64,000 nt of DNA from an uncultured Chloroflexia bacterium (GTDB lineage: Bacteria > Chloroflexota > Limnocylindria > Limnocylindrales > CSP1-4). Positions 11,147 through 22,446 of this stretch are shown piece after piece. Positions within the stretch are counted from its first letter, which is position 1. The number at the start of each line of letters is the position of its first letter. Below the pieces are notes generated by a model. That model saw only the letters and a list, made by a program, of their open reading frames with translations, ran no database searches and was not told where the DNA came from. Both the position numbers and the translations under genes were made by a program. The stretch lies in NCBI GenBank assembly GCA_963752475.1, contig CAVVYR010000006.1:736001-800000 (forward strand). Direction: 5' to 3'.

Positions 11147-12258
11147 CGTCGCACCACCCTGACGCGGTAGCGCAGGAAGACGTCACTGGCGATGACGCAG
11201 AAGAGGATGACGCCCTGGATCATGGCCGGGATGCCGGCCGGCTGGATCTCGCGTCCGGCCAGGATGAGCGCGCCGAAGGCGATCGCCGCGACGACGACGC
11301 CCAGCGGGTTGAAGCGCGCCAGGAAGGCCACGATGATGCCGGTGAAGCCGTAGCCCGGCGAGAAGTTGTCCTGCAGCCGATGGACCACGCCGCTGATCTC
11401 GGACGCGCCGGCGAGGCCCGCCAGACGCACCCGAGATGAGCATCACCAGGATGATCGTGCGGCCGATGTTGATGCCGGCGTAGCGCGCCGCTCGGGGGTT
11501 GTCGCCGATGAGCCGGATCTCGTAGCCCTTGCGCGTGCGGTTGAGGAAGACCCACACCAGGCCGGCGGCCACGACGCGCGATGACGAAGCCGAGGTGGAC
11601 CGTCAGGCCGGCGAAGTCGCTGACGATGTCGCTGTGGTCGGTCAGGCGTGGCAGCCAGGCCTCGCGCGGGAAGCGGGGCGACATCTGGAAGCCGCCGTCG
11701 CTCCAGGGGCCGAAGACCCAGAACTTGACCCACTCTGGCAGATGTAGACGAGCATCAGCGTGGTGATGATCTCGTTGACGTTCAGGCGGGCCTTGAGCCA
11801 GCCGGCGATGCCGGCCCAGAGGGCGCCCATGCCGATGCCGGCGAGCATCATCAGCGGCAGGTAGACGAAGCTGGGCGTGCCCTCAGGGAGCCAGCCCAGG
11901 AGCACGATGGCGCTGGCGCCCCAGGCGCCCATCATCAGCTGGCCCTCGGCGCCGATGTTCCAGAGGCGCATGCGGAAGGCCACCGAACAGGCGAGGCCTG
12001 TGAAGATCAGCGGCGTGGCCTTGACCAAGCGTGTCCGAGAGGACGCCGATGCTGCCCAGCGACGAGCGCACGATGTGGGCGTAGGCGTTGATGGGGTCGC
12101 CGCCGATGAGCCAGATGATGCCCGCCGAGATGAGCAGGGCCACGACCACGGCGCCGATGGTGGTGACCACGCCCAGGCCGCGCGGCGTCTCGAGGCGACG
12201 CTCCATGTGGATGGCGAACGGCAGCCGCGCCGTGACGGATCGGTGCGGCGGCGCTCAT
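11143..12258 (-). CDS. Nucleoside/sugar ABC transporter permease (NupB-like), multiple frameshifts
   Basis: KATPLIFTGLA, WNIGAEGQ, VNEIITTLML, GYEIRLIGDNPRAARYAGI, GYGFTGIIVAFLARFNP across frames. Confidence 0.85.
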
Positions 12259-13800
12259 CGGGCCGCTTCCTCCGCTGCCGTCTCGGCGCTGGTACCGGTC
12301 ATCATCAGGCCCAGTTGCGCGACCTCGGCTTCCTCGACCGGGATCGACGGGCTGATCCGACCCTCGTAGATGACGGCCACGCGGTCGGCGATCATGAGGA
12401 TCTCATCGAGGTCCTCGCTGATGAGCAGGACCGCCATGCCCGGCTTCACGCTGCTCCAGCAGCAGCTTGTGAACCGTTTCGATCGCGCCCACATCCAGGC
12501 CGCGCGTGGGCTGGACCGCGACCATCAGTCCGGGCTGGGAGCTGATCTCACGGGCCAGGATGAGCCGCTGCAGGTTGCCGCCCGAGAGCAGTCGGGCCTC
12601 GGTGTCGATGGACGGTGCCGAGACCTCGTACGCGTCCTTGAGCTCCTGTGCCTTGGTGCGGGCGACGCTGCTGTCGATGGTCCAGCCATGGCCGATGGGC
12701 TCGGTCCGGTAGGACTTCATGATGAGGTTGTCGGTCAGCGAGAGGTTCGGTGCGCGAGCCGGTCCCGGTGCGGTCTTCGGGCACGTGCGCGACGCCGGCG
12801 TCGATGGCCTCCAGCACCGGGCGGTTGGCCAGCTCCTTCCCGTTGACCTCGATGGAGCCGGTGCACTCGCGCAGACCGGTGATGACCTCGGCCAACTCCG
12901 ACTGACCGTTGCCCGCGACGCCCGCGAGGCCGATGATCTGTCCCGAGCGGATGCGCAGGTCGACGCCTTCGAGGCACTGGACGCCGCGGTCGCTGGTGGC
13001 GCTGACGCCCTGCATCTCGAGCACGATCTCGCCCGAGGGCACGTCCGCCTTGTCGAGGGACTCCAGCACCTCGCGCCCGACCATCAGCTGGGCCAGGTCG
13101 CTCTTCGTCTTGCCGGCGGCTGGCACACCGGCCGCCGTGACCACGCCGCGTCGCATGACGGTCACGCGGTTGGCGATCTGGAGGACCTCGTCGAGCTTGT
13201 GGCTGATGAAGACGACGGAAGCACCCGTCGCGGTCATGCCCTTGAGCGTGTGGAAGAGCTCCTCGATCTCCTGTGGCGCCAGGACGGCCGTGGGCTCGTC
13301 CATGATCAGGATGTTGGCGCCGCGGTAGAGCATCTTCAGGATCTCGACGCGCTGCTGCTCACCGACCGATAGTTGCCAGATCTTGGCGGCAGGGTCGACG
13401 TTGAGGCCGGTCTCGTCGGCCAGCGCCTGGACCTTGGCTTCGTAGGGCCGGCATGTCCAGCCAGAAGCGTGGCTCGTTCGAGCCCGAGCAGGATGTTCTC
13501 GGTCACGGTCAGCGAATCGACCAGCGTGAAGTGCTGATGGACCATGCCCAGGCCGACATCGATAGCGTCGCTGGGTGAGGTGAACGACACGCTCTCGCCA
13601 CGGACCTGGATCTTCCCTTCGTCGGCCGAGTAGAGGCCGGCGAGGATGTTCATGAGCGTGGACTTGCCCGCCCCGTTCTCACCGAGGAGGGCGTGGACCT
13701 CTCCGGTGCGCACGTCGAAATCGACATGGTCGTTGGCGACCACGCCGGGGAAACGCTTGACGATCGCCCGCATCTCGACTGCGAGCGCCGGGTCACTCAT
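12255..13800 (-). CDS. Nucleoside/sugar ABC transporter ATP-binding protein (two ATPase domains), multiple frameshifts
   Basis: KRFPGVVAND, GENGAGKS, MVHQHF, MDEPTAVL, GVAGNGQ, LSGGNLQR, QPTRGLDVGA, ISEDLDE. Confidence 0.9.
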
Positions 13801-13810
13801 GGGTGTGTTT

Positions 13811-13846
13811 CAGGACCTCGGGGGCCTGGAGACCCCCGAGGTCCTG
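13811..13846 (-). other. Intercistronic 14-bp stem-loop between the substrate-binding and ATPase genes
   Basis: CAGGACCTCGGGGG-N8-CCCCCGAGGTCCTG. Confidence 0.7.
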
Positions 13847-13864
13847 GGTGACTCTTGCTAGCCG

Positions 13865-15108
13865 CTATCCCTCGGGCGGGGCCGCGGTGATGCCTTCGAC
13901 CCACCAGTACATGCAGGTACTCGCAGGTCGCCCCGTCGAACGTACTGAACTGGTCGAGGTCCCCCTGCTCGAGGGACTCGCCCTCAGGGACGACCACGTT
14001 TCCCTGGTTGTCGGTGATCGGACCGGAGAACACGTCGAAGCGATCGAACTCACCGGCCAGCATGGCGGCGAGGGTGTCCTCGACCAACTGCACGTCTTCC
14101 TCGGGCAGGTCGGCGATGCCGGGATCGGCTCCTCGCCCTCCATGAAGCCATAGAGGCCCATACCCTGGGAGTCGGCGTCGAAGTAGACCCAGCCTGGCGT
14201 ATAGCTGCCGTCGACGATGCCTCGGCGATGCGAGCGTACTCAGGGCCCCACAGCCAGTACGGCGCAGTCAGGCAGGCCGGGCTCGTGCAGGAGCCAGCCC
14301 AGTCATAGGTGATGCCCCACTTGTCGCCGAGCTCCTCGGCCACAGCGGCAGGTGCCGGCGTGTCAGCGCCGGTGAAGACGACCTGGGCACCGGCGTCGAA
14401 GAGCGATGCCGCAGCTTCGCGCTCGATCTGTGGGTCGTGCCAGGTGTTGATCCAGCGAACGTCCATGGTGCACTCGGGGCAGGTCTCCAGCGCGCCAAGC
14501 ATGAAGGCGTTGCCCAGTCGGTATTCCTCGGGGATGGGGAAGGTGGCGATGTAGCCGAGCTTGGGGTTGCCGTCGACCATCGCGCGCGAGCCGGCGAGCA
14601 TGCCGGAGAGGTACTTGAAGTCCTCCATCGCGCCCATGATGTTGCCGAAGTTCTCTTCGTTGGACATGAAGCCGGACACGTGCAGGAACTGCTGATCCGG
14701 GAACTCCTCGGCTACCGCCGACATCGGCTCCATGTAGCCGAAGGACGTCCCGATGATGTAGTCGAAGCCCTTGCGAGCGAGACTGCGGAAGACCTGCTCG
14801 GCATCGGCGCCCTCAGCCACGTTCTCCATGTACGCCACGTGGACGTTGTCCACGTTCTCGCAGACGTACTGCAGGCCCTCGAAGTGAGCCTGGCTCCAGC
14901 CACCGTCGTTGTGGGGGCCGATGAGGACCATGCCGATGTTGAACTTGCCGTCGACGGTCTCGGGTAGTTGCACGCCGCCGGCGATGGCGGAGCAGTCCGT
15001 CTCTTCCTGTGCGGCCACGATCGGTGCGCCACTGACGCCGATCGCGCTCGCCAGCAACGCGCCGGCAAGGGTAACGCGAGCCATCTTCGCCCACGAACGC
15101 ATGCTCAT
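13865..15108 (-). CDS. BMP-family (purine nucleoside-type) ABC substrate-binding protein, frameshifted near the 3' end
   Basis: Signal peptide MSMRSWAKMARVTLAGALLA; IGPHNDGGWSQAH, IIGTSFGY, NAFMLGA, WINTWHDP, FSGPITDNQG. Confidence 0.88.
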
Positions 15109-15342
15109 GCGATAGGTCCCTCCAATACGAGCGCCGGGGAAAACGCTCCCGCCCCGGTCAAGCCGACGATACGCCACCCGGCAAGCGGAATCAGGGCCGA
15201 TTGGGAGACACTCGGGCACCCATTCGGCACCAAAGGCGCGATGGCCCGCCAGGCGTCCACAGCCGATCCACCCTGTCGAGGTCGCGGTACCCTCGCTTCC
15301 ACAGCACATCCCACTACCGAGACCCGCCGACTGGAGGCATCC

Positions 15343-16977
15343 GTGGCCACGAGCGAATTCGCCGGAAAGCCCGCCGACCCCTCGATCCTCGTCGATCTGC
15401 AGGCGCTCGAGGACGCCTACTACTCGGGCGTGCCTGATCCGTCCGAGCCGTCCCAGCGAGTGGCCTTCGGCACGTCCGGCCACCGTGGATCATCGCTGGA
15501 CACCGCCTTCAACGAGAGCCACATCGTGGCCACGACGGCGGCCATCGTGGACTTCCGCCGTGAGCAGGGTATCGAGGGCCCGCTGTTCATGGGTCGTGAC
15601 ACGCATGCGCTGAGCGAGCCGGCCTTCCTGACCGCGCTGGAGGTGCTGGTGGCGGCCGGTGTCGACGTCCGCATCGATACCGCCGACGGCTTCACGCCGA
15701 CCCCGGGCATCTCGCACGCCATCCTCACCTGGAACCGTGAGCACCCGGATGTCCCGGCCGACGGCATCGTGGTCACGCCCTCGCACAACCCTCCGGCCGA
15801 TGGCGGCTTCAAGTACAACCCGCCGAGCGGCGGCCCGGCCGACGCGTCGATGACCAAGGCCATCCAGGACGCGGCCAACGAGCTGCTCGCAGGCGACGTG
15901 AAGGGTGTCGCGCGCGTGCCGGCGCCACGCGCGCGATCAGCCGCCGCACGGTACGACTATCAGGGTGTCTACATCGCCAGCCTTGGTGAGGTCATCGACC
16001 TTGCGGCCATCGCTACCTCCGGCCTGCGCGTCGGCGTCGATCCGCTGGGTGGCGCGGCAGTGGCCTGGTGGGGCGCCATCGCCGAGCTCTACCAGCTCGA
16101 CCTGACCATCACCAACGACACCGTCGACCCGGCTTTCGGTTTCATGACCCGCGACTGGGACGGCAAGATCCGCATGGATCCATCGTCGCCCTACGCCATG
16201 GCGCGGCTGGTGGAGATGCGGGCCGACTACGACCTGGCCCTGGGCAACGATGCCGACGCCGACCGCTTCGGCGTGGTCACGCCGTCCGTCGGGTTGCTCA
16301 ACCCCAACCACTATCTCGCAGCCGCGGCCTCGTACCTCTTTGGTGGGGCGCGAGCGTGGGGCGCCGACGCCGCCATCGGCAAGACGCTCGTGTCCTCGAG
16401 CATGCAGGACCGTGTCGCGGCCTCTCTCGGGCGCCGACTCTACGAGGTCCCGGTCGGCTTCAAGTGGTTCGTGGACGGGTTGCTCGATGGCTCGGTCGCG
16501 TTCGGCGGCGAGGAGAGCGCGGGCATGTCCTTCCTGCGCTTCGACGGCTCGCCCTGGTCGACCGACAAGGACGGCATCATCGCCTGCCTGCTGGCGGCCG
16601 AGATGACGGCCAGGACCGGTCGCGATCCCGGCGCCATCTACGCTGGGCTTACCGAGGAGTTCGGGGCGCCGGTGTACAAGCGCATCGATGCGCCTGCCAC
16701 GCCCGAGCAGAAGGCGGCCCTGGGCCGGCTCTCGCCAGAGGCGGTCGCGGCCACCGAGCTGGCTGGCGAACCCATCACGGCCAAGCTGACCGAGGCCCCC
16801 GGCAACGGCGCTGCGATCGGCGGTCTCAAGGTGGTGACCGAGCAGGGCTGGTTCGCGGCGCGACCATCAGGCACGGAGAACGTGACCAAGCTCTACGCCG
16901 AGTCCTTCGTCGACGAGGCCCATCTCGAGCGCATCATCACCGAAGCCCAGGCCATCGTCGCCGACGCGCTGAGCTGA
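15343..16977 (+). CDS. pgm: Phosphoglucomutase (alpha-D-glucose-phosphate-specific type)
   Basis: VAFGTSGHRGSS, TPSHNPP (phosphoserine), NDADADR metal loop, GGEESAG, RPSGTE; GGAGG before the GTG. Confidence 0.96.
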   Translation: MATSEFAGKPADPSILVDLQALEDAYYSGVPDPSEPSQRVAFGTSGHRGSSLDTAFNESHIVATTAAIVDFRREQGIEGPLFMGRDTHALSEPAFLTALEVLVAAGVDVRIDTADGFTPTPGISHAILTWNREHPDVPADGIVVTPSHNPPADGGFKYNPPSGGPADASMTKAIQDAANELLAGDVKGVARVPAPRARSAAARYDYQGVYIASLGEVIDLAAIATSGLRVGVDPLGGAAVAWWGAIAELYQLDLTITNDTVDPAFGFMTRDWDGKIRMDPSSPYAMARLVEMRADYDLALGNDADADRFGVVTPSVGLLNPNHYLAAAASYLFGGARAWGADAAIGKTLVSSSMQDRVAASLGRRLYEVPVGFKWFVDGLLDGSVAFGGEESAGMSFLRFDGSPWSTDKDGIIACLLAAEMTARTGRDPGAIYAGLTEEFGAPVYKRIDAPATPEQKAALGRLSPEAVAATELAGEPITAKLTEAPGNGAAIGGLKVVTEQGWFAARPSGTENVTKLYAESFVDEAHLERIITEAQAIVADALS

Positions 16978-17158
16978 TCCCGGCCGGGTGGGCGTACGGA
17001 TGGCCCGTGCTCTCGATAGTGCGACAGGACTAGGCAGACCGGTCCGCTCGGGGACTATCATTCGCTGATTGGCGCCTGCCCTGTTCGTCGACAGAGCCGC
17101 GCCGAACAGTGATGGCGCCGGGGGGCACCTCCTCGTCCCCGGGCGGCGAAAGGGAGCT

Positions 17159-20100
17159 ATGCAGTCGTCGGGCCCCATGCGTACGCCTTATCTCACCATG
17201 CTTGCAGTGCTTCAAGCGGTCGTGCTGCTATCGACAGTCCTACTCGCCCCTGCCTCAGTGATCGCCCAGGACGGCGAACCAGAGCCTCCCCCTGCCTCCG
17301 AGGCTCAGGCTGACCAGCAGCCGCAACCGGATCCTCAGGCGGCCGAAGAGCCCAAGAAGGACGAGGCGCCCAAGGCCGACGAGCCTAAGAAGGACGAGCC
17401 CAAGGCCGACGAGCCTAAGAAGGACGAGGCGCCCAAGGCCGACGAGCCTAAGAAGGCCGAGGAGAAGAAGGCCGAGGAGCCCAAGAAGGACCAGCCCAAG
17501 GCCGAGGAGAAGAAGGCCGAGGAGCCCAAGAAGGACGAGCCCAAGGCCGAGGAGAAGAAGGCCGAGGAGCCCAAGAAGGCCGACGAGCCCAAGAAGGACG
17601 AGCCCAAGGCCGAGGAGAAGAAGGCCGAGGAGCCCAAGAAGGACGAGCCCAAGGCCGAGGAGAAGAAGGCCGAGGAGCCCAAGAAGGACGAGCCCAAGGC
17701 CGAGGAGAAGAAGGCCGAGGAGCCCAAGGCCGAGGAGCCCAAGAAGGACGAGCCCAAGGCCGAGGAGAAGAAGGCCGAGGCGCCCAAGGCCGAGGAGCCC
17801 AAGGCCGAGGAGAAGCCGGCCGAGGAGCCCAAGGACGAGGAGCCCAAGGCCGAGGAGAAGCCGGCCGAGGAGCCCAAGGCCGAGGAGCCCAAGGCCGAGG
17901 AGAAGCCGGCCGAGGAGCCCAAGAAGGACGAGCCCAAGGCCGAGGAGAAGAAGGCCGAGGAGCCCAAGAAGGACGAGCCCAAGGCCGAGGAGAAGCCGGC
18001 CGAGGAGCCCAAGAAGGACGAGCCCAAGGCCGAGAGGGTTCTCGTGATCCTCCCGACGGAGCTTGTCCTTACCGTGGGCGACGTCCAGGCAGTCGCCGCA
18101 TACGTCTGCGTCAAGGATGACTCGCCGCGCGGTCAAGGCTGGGACCCAGCGACTGACAGTGCCTGCGACTACAGGAAGAACGCGAGGTGGTCTCTCAGCG
18201 ATCCCGACGTCGGTTCATTCAGCAAGCAGAAGGGTGAGAAGACCAAGCTGTCCGCAGTCGCCGCCATCGAGGCGACCGAGGTCATCGCTGTGACCAACGA
18301 GCTCAGCGCCAAGGTCGATCTGAGGATTCAGCCCGCCGCGGCGGCGAAGCCCGAGAAGGACGAGCCCAAGGCCGAGGGGAAGAAGGCCGAGAAGCCTCAG
18401 AAGGAGGACGGACCTCCTCCCACTTCCGACGACTCGGTGGGATCACCCGACGCTGCGGTACCTGTCGAAGACGCTGAAGGTCAAGAGCCCGCCATGGAAG
18501 GGGCTCCGATGACCGAGGAATCCGCCACGGAAGACGGCGGTACAGACGATGAGGGCGATGCTCCATCTGACTCGGGATCGGGAACCGAAGAAGGCCAGGA
18601 GATCACGCAGCCCGAGGGAGTTGAGGCTGACGGCGAGCCCGTCACCCAAGCCTGTGAAGCTGACCCCACGAGTGATGAGTGTCTGGCCGAGCTACTCGCT
18701 GTCGCGCCGCAGGCGGACGGAGACGCGACCGTCGAGCCTGCAGCACTTGGCGGCTGGTCGGTGAGCGACGCGACGAAGGACCCTGAAGGCACCGGCACGA
18801 ACAGCCCTCTCGCCTTCAACGTCCGCTTCGCTCGAACGGGAGGCATCTTCGGTTTGGGCTACGCCAGCGTACAGGTGCGGACGGTAGCCATCGGAACGGC
18901 AACGGCGGGCAGCAGTTGCAGCACTGCTGGCGTCGACTACGTCAGCCGCGGTTGGACAAGCGTGACGACACCGAACTGGTGGGGGAGCGCCAATATCCCG
19001 TTCAACGTCACCATCTGCGGCGACAGCCGACCTGAGCCCAACGAGTGGTTCCAGGTGCGGCTGCGCCGACCAACAAACGGCACGTCCATCACTCGCAGTC
19101 CGGCGACAGGGTGGATCATCGACGACGACGTCCGGTTCGCGAGCATCGCGGGCACGAAGTTCGACGACCTCAACGGTAACGGCGTCTTCGATGCGGGTGA
19201 GCCCGGCATCAATGGCGTGAGCATCGCGCTCAGCGGTCCCAGTGGTCCGCTCACGACCACCACCACGAACGGCGGCACCTACAGCTTCGGCGGGCTGCTG
19301 CCCGGCAGCTACACCGTCACCGAGACGCCTCCGCTCGGATCGCAGCCCACCGCACCGACGAGCCTCGGTGTGACCCTGACCTCGGGCCAGGACCTTGGTG
19401 GCCAGGACTTCTTCAACGCCTACGATGCCAGCGTCGCGGGCACGAAGTTCGACGACCTCAACGGTAACGGCGTCTTCGATGCGGGTGAGCCCGGCATCAA
19501 TGGCGTGAGCATCGCGCTCAGCGGTCCCAGTGGTCCGCTCACGACCACCACCACGAACGGCGGCACCTACAGCTTCGGCGGGCTGCTGCCCGGCAGCTAC
19601 ACCGTCACCGAGACGCCTCCGCTCGGATCGCAGCCCACCGCACCGACGAGCCTCGGTGTGACCCTGACCTCGGGCCAGGACCTTGGTGGCCAGGACTTCT
19701 TCAACGCCTACGATGCCAGCGTCGCGGGCACGAAGTTCGACGACCTCAACGGCAACGGCGTCTTCGATGCGGGCGAGCCCGGCATCCGATGGCGTGAGCA
19801 TCGCGCTCAGCGGTCCCAGTGGTCCGCTCACGACCACCACCGCGAACGGCGGCACCTACAGCTTCGGCGGGCTGCTGCCCGGCAGCTACACCGTCACCGA
19901 GACTGCCTCCGGCTCGGATCGCAGCCCACCGCACCGACGAGCCTCGGTGTGACCCTGACCTCGGGCCAGGACTTGGTGGCCAGGACTTCTTCAACGCTAC
20001 GATGCCAGCGTCGCGGGCACGAAGTTCGACGACCTCAACGGCAACGGCGTCATCGATGCCGGCGAGCCTGGCCTCCCGAACTGGCGAGATCACGCTCAGC

Positions 20101-22373
20101 GGCGGCTCCGGCCCGGTCAGCACCACCACCGATACCAACGGCAACTACCGCTTCGAGCAGCTCGCCCCTGGCAGCTACACCGTCACCGAGACGGTGCCCT
20201 CCGGCTGGGTGGCGACCCTGCCCGAGTCCATCGGCCCGTTCGTCCTCCAGTCGGGCCAGCGACGTCGTCGACCTCGACTTCCTCAACCTACGAGCAGGCC
20301 AGCGTCGCGGGCACGAAGTTCGACGACCTCAACGGCAACGGCGTCATCGATGCCGGCGAGCCTGGCCTCCCGAACTGGGAGATCACGCTCAGCGGCGGCT
20401 CCGGCCCGGTCAGCACCACCACCGATACCAACGGCAACTACCGCTTCGAGCAGCTCGCCCCTGGCAGCTACACCGTCACCGAGACGGTGCCCTCCGGCTG
20501 GGTGGCGACCCTGCCCGAGTCCATCGGCCCGTTCGTCCTCCAGTCGGGCAGCGACGTCGTCGACCTCGACTTCCTCAACTACGAGCAGGCCAGCGTCGCG
20601 GGCACGAAGTTCGACGACCTCAACGGCAACGGCGTCATCGATGCCGGCGAGCCTGGCCTCCCGAACTGGGAGATCACGCTCAGCGGCGGCTCCGGCCCGG
20701 TCAGCACCACCACCGATACCAACGGCAACTACCGCTTCGAGCAGCTCGCCCCTGGCAGCTACACCGTCACCGAGACGGTGCCCTCCGGCTGGGTGGCGAC
20801 CCTGCCCGAGTCCATCGGCCCGTTCGTCCTCCAGTCGGGCAGCGACGTCGTCGACCTCGACTTCCTCAACTACTGAGCAGGCCAGCGTCGCGGGCACGAA
20901 GTTCGACGACCTCAACGGCAACGGCGTCATCGATGCCGGCGAGCCTGGCCTCCCGAACTGGGAGATCACGCTCAGCGGCCGGCTCCGGCCCGGTCAGCAC
21001 CACCACCGATACCAACGGCAACTACCGCTTCGAGCAGCTCGCCCCTGGCAGCTACACCGTCACCGAGACGCTGCCAGCCGGGCTGGGTCGCGACCCTGCC
21101 CGAGTCCATCGGCCCCTTCACCCTCCAGTCGGGTGACGCGAGCATCGGCAACCCGACTTCCTCAACTACGAGCAGGCCACGATCATCGTCGAGAAGCAGA
21201 CGGTTCCCGATGGCGATCCGGCCTCGTTCACCTTCGAGGGTGATGCCGCCGGCTCTATCGTGGATGGCGCCCAGATCATCGTGGGCGAGCTGGCTCCTGG
21301 CAGCTACAGCTCGAAGGAATTGGTGCCCGTCGGATGGGTGCTGACCAGCATCGTCTGCGACGACGACAAGAGCAGCGGCGACACCGCATCGGCCACCGCA
21401 TCCTTCGTGCTCATCTCCGGCGACACGACGACCTGCGTGTTCAACGAACACCCAGCTCGTCGGGAGCATCGCCGTCACCAAGACCCCGACGCCCACCAGT
21501 CTGCTTGAGCCTGGGGGCGTGTTTTCCTACGGGGTGGAGATCATCAATACCTCCAAGGTCGATGTCACCATCACCAGCCTGGCCGACAAGCCCTACGGGG
21601 ATGTCGCGCTCATCGCGGGCACGACCTGCTCGACACCCCAGGTGATCAACCCGGGCGCCTCGTACTCGTGCTCGTTCAGTGGGGAGTTCAGCGGCAACGC
21701 AGGGGACACCCTGACTGACACCATCACTGCGGCAGGCACCGACATCCACGGGAACGCGGTCACAGCGAACGCCTCCGCGACCGTCACCCTCACCGACGCC
21801 CCGCCGGCGATCTCGGTCAGCAAGGCTGCCGACGTGAGCAAGATCGCCGAGCCGGGTGGTGACGTGACCTACACGGTCGCGGTCACCAATACGGTGGAGG
21901 AGCCTCTGGCCCTCATCGGCATCGTCGACGACAAGTTCGGCGACCTCGACGCCTCCGGTAACGGTCGTGTCAGCCAGAACGGCTGCGCCAACAAGGTCGG
22001 GACGACGATCGCCAGCGGGGCCACGTTCAGCTGTGCCTTCACCGCTCGTGTCGAGGGCAGCGCCGGACAGAAGCACGTCAACACGGTCACGGTCAGCGCG
22101 GCCGATGACGACGGCGCTGGGTCAACGAGCGCCGGCATCAAGCCCGCGGCCAACGTGGTGAAGAGCAGCGCGTCGGCAACGGTCACGATCGTGGCTGCCG
22201 AGGTCAAGGCAGCCCTCCCACCGACCGACATGCTCGTGCCGACGAGCGCATCCGGGCCGAGTGGAACGGGTGGTCTGGGTCTGTCTATGGTCTGGGCTCT
22301 CTGGGCTCTGCTCTCGGCCACGCTCATCGTCATGGGCGGCTGGGTCATCCGCGAGCAACGCCACCGCACCTGA
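17159..22373 (+). CDS. Large cell-surface protein: signal peptide, K/E/P-rich repeat, Calx-beta-like domain, 7 SdrD-B/Cna-B-like repeats, Ig-like domains, LPPTD + TM anchor; several frameshifts 19.8-21.5 kb
   Basis: ORFs 17069..21136, 20487..20876 and 21519..22373 join; GTATAG..DY..GDSRPEPNEWFQVRL; GTKFDDLNGNGVxDAGEPG repeats; C-terminal LPPTD-spacer-hydrophobic helix-REQRHRT. Confidence 0.85.
17345..18032 (+). repeat. Low-complexity tandem repeat encoding EEPK/KDEPKA/EEKKA modules
   Basis: Recurrent GAGGAGCCCAAG, AAGGACGAGCCCAAGGCC and GAGGAGAAGAAGGCC blocks; the + strand is nearly devoid of T. Confidence 0.95.
19143..21178 (+). repeat. Tandem domain array: three ~288-bp type-A units, then four ~291-bp type-B units
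   Basis: Units start at about 19143, 19431, 19719, 20008, 20302, 20593 and 20885, each with GCGGGCACGAAGTTCGACGACCTCAACGG; near-identical within each type. Confidence 0.93.
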
Positions 22374-22395
22374 GCAACCCTTCCATCACGCAGAC

Positions 22396-22428
22396 ACGAC
22401 GGCCGGGCCTCCCAGGCTCGGCCGTCGT
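22396..22428. terminator. Stem-loop between convergent genes (likely bidirectional terminator)
   Basis: ACGACGGCCGGGCCT-CCC-AGGCTCGGCCGTCGT. Confidence 0.6.
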
Positions 22429-22446
22429 CATGACTGCGACCTGGGC

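Noticed and set aside
9660-14230. Many frameshifts in aroF and the nucleoside ABC operon, read as pseudogenisation or programmed frameshifting
   Set aside because: They are single-base indels with catalytic and signature motifs intact and no slippery-site pattern, clustered regionally; most consistent with low-coverage long-read error. Raw reads would settle it.
15144-15167. LacI-like operator GGGAAAACGCTCCC upstream of the BMP gene
   Set aside because: Imperfect single palindrome and no LacI-family gene in the window; too weak to call.
17080-17156. Possible riboswitch upstream of the surface protein
   Set aside because: Hairpins can be drawn (CTGTTCG/CGAACAG), but I see no match to c-di-GMP, c-di-AMP or other aptamer cores.
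17255-18136. Antisense Leu/Gly- and Ser-rich ORFs (293 and 259 aa)
   Set aside because: They are the reverse complement of the T-poor K/E/P repeat, which cannot contain minus-strand stops in those frames.
17345-21178. Repeats as a CRISPR array or diversity-generating retroelement template
   Set aside because: The repeats are in-frame coding units without unique spacers or adenine-specific variation; no cas or reverse transcriptase gene is in the window.
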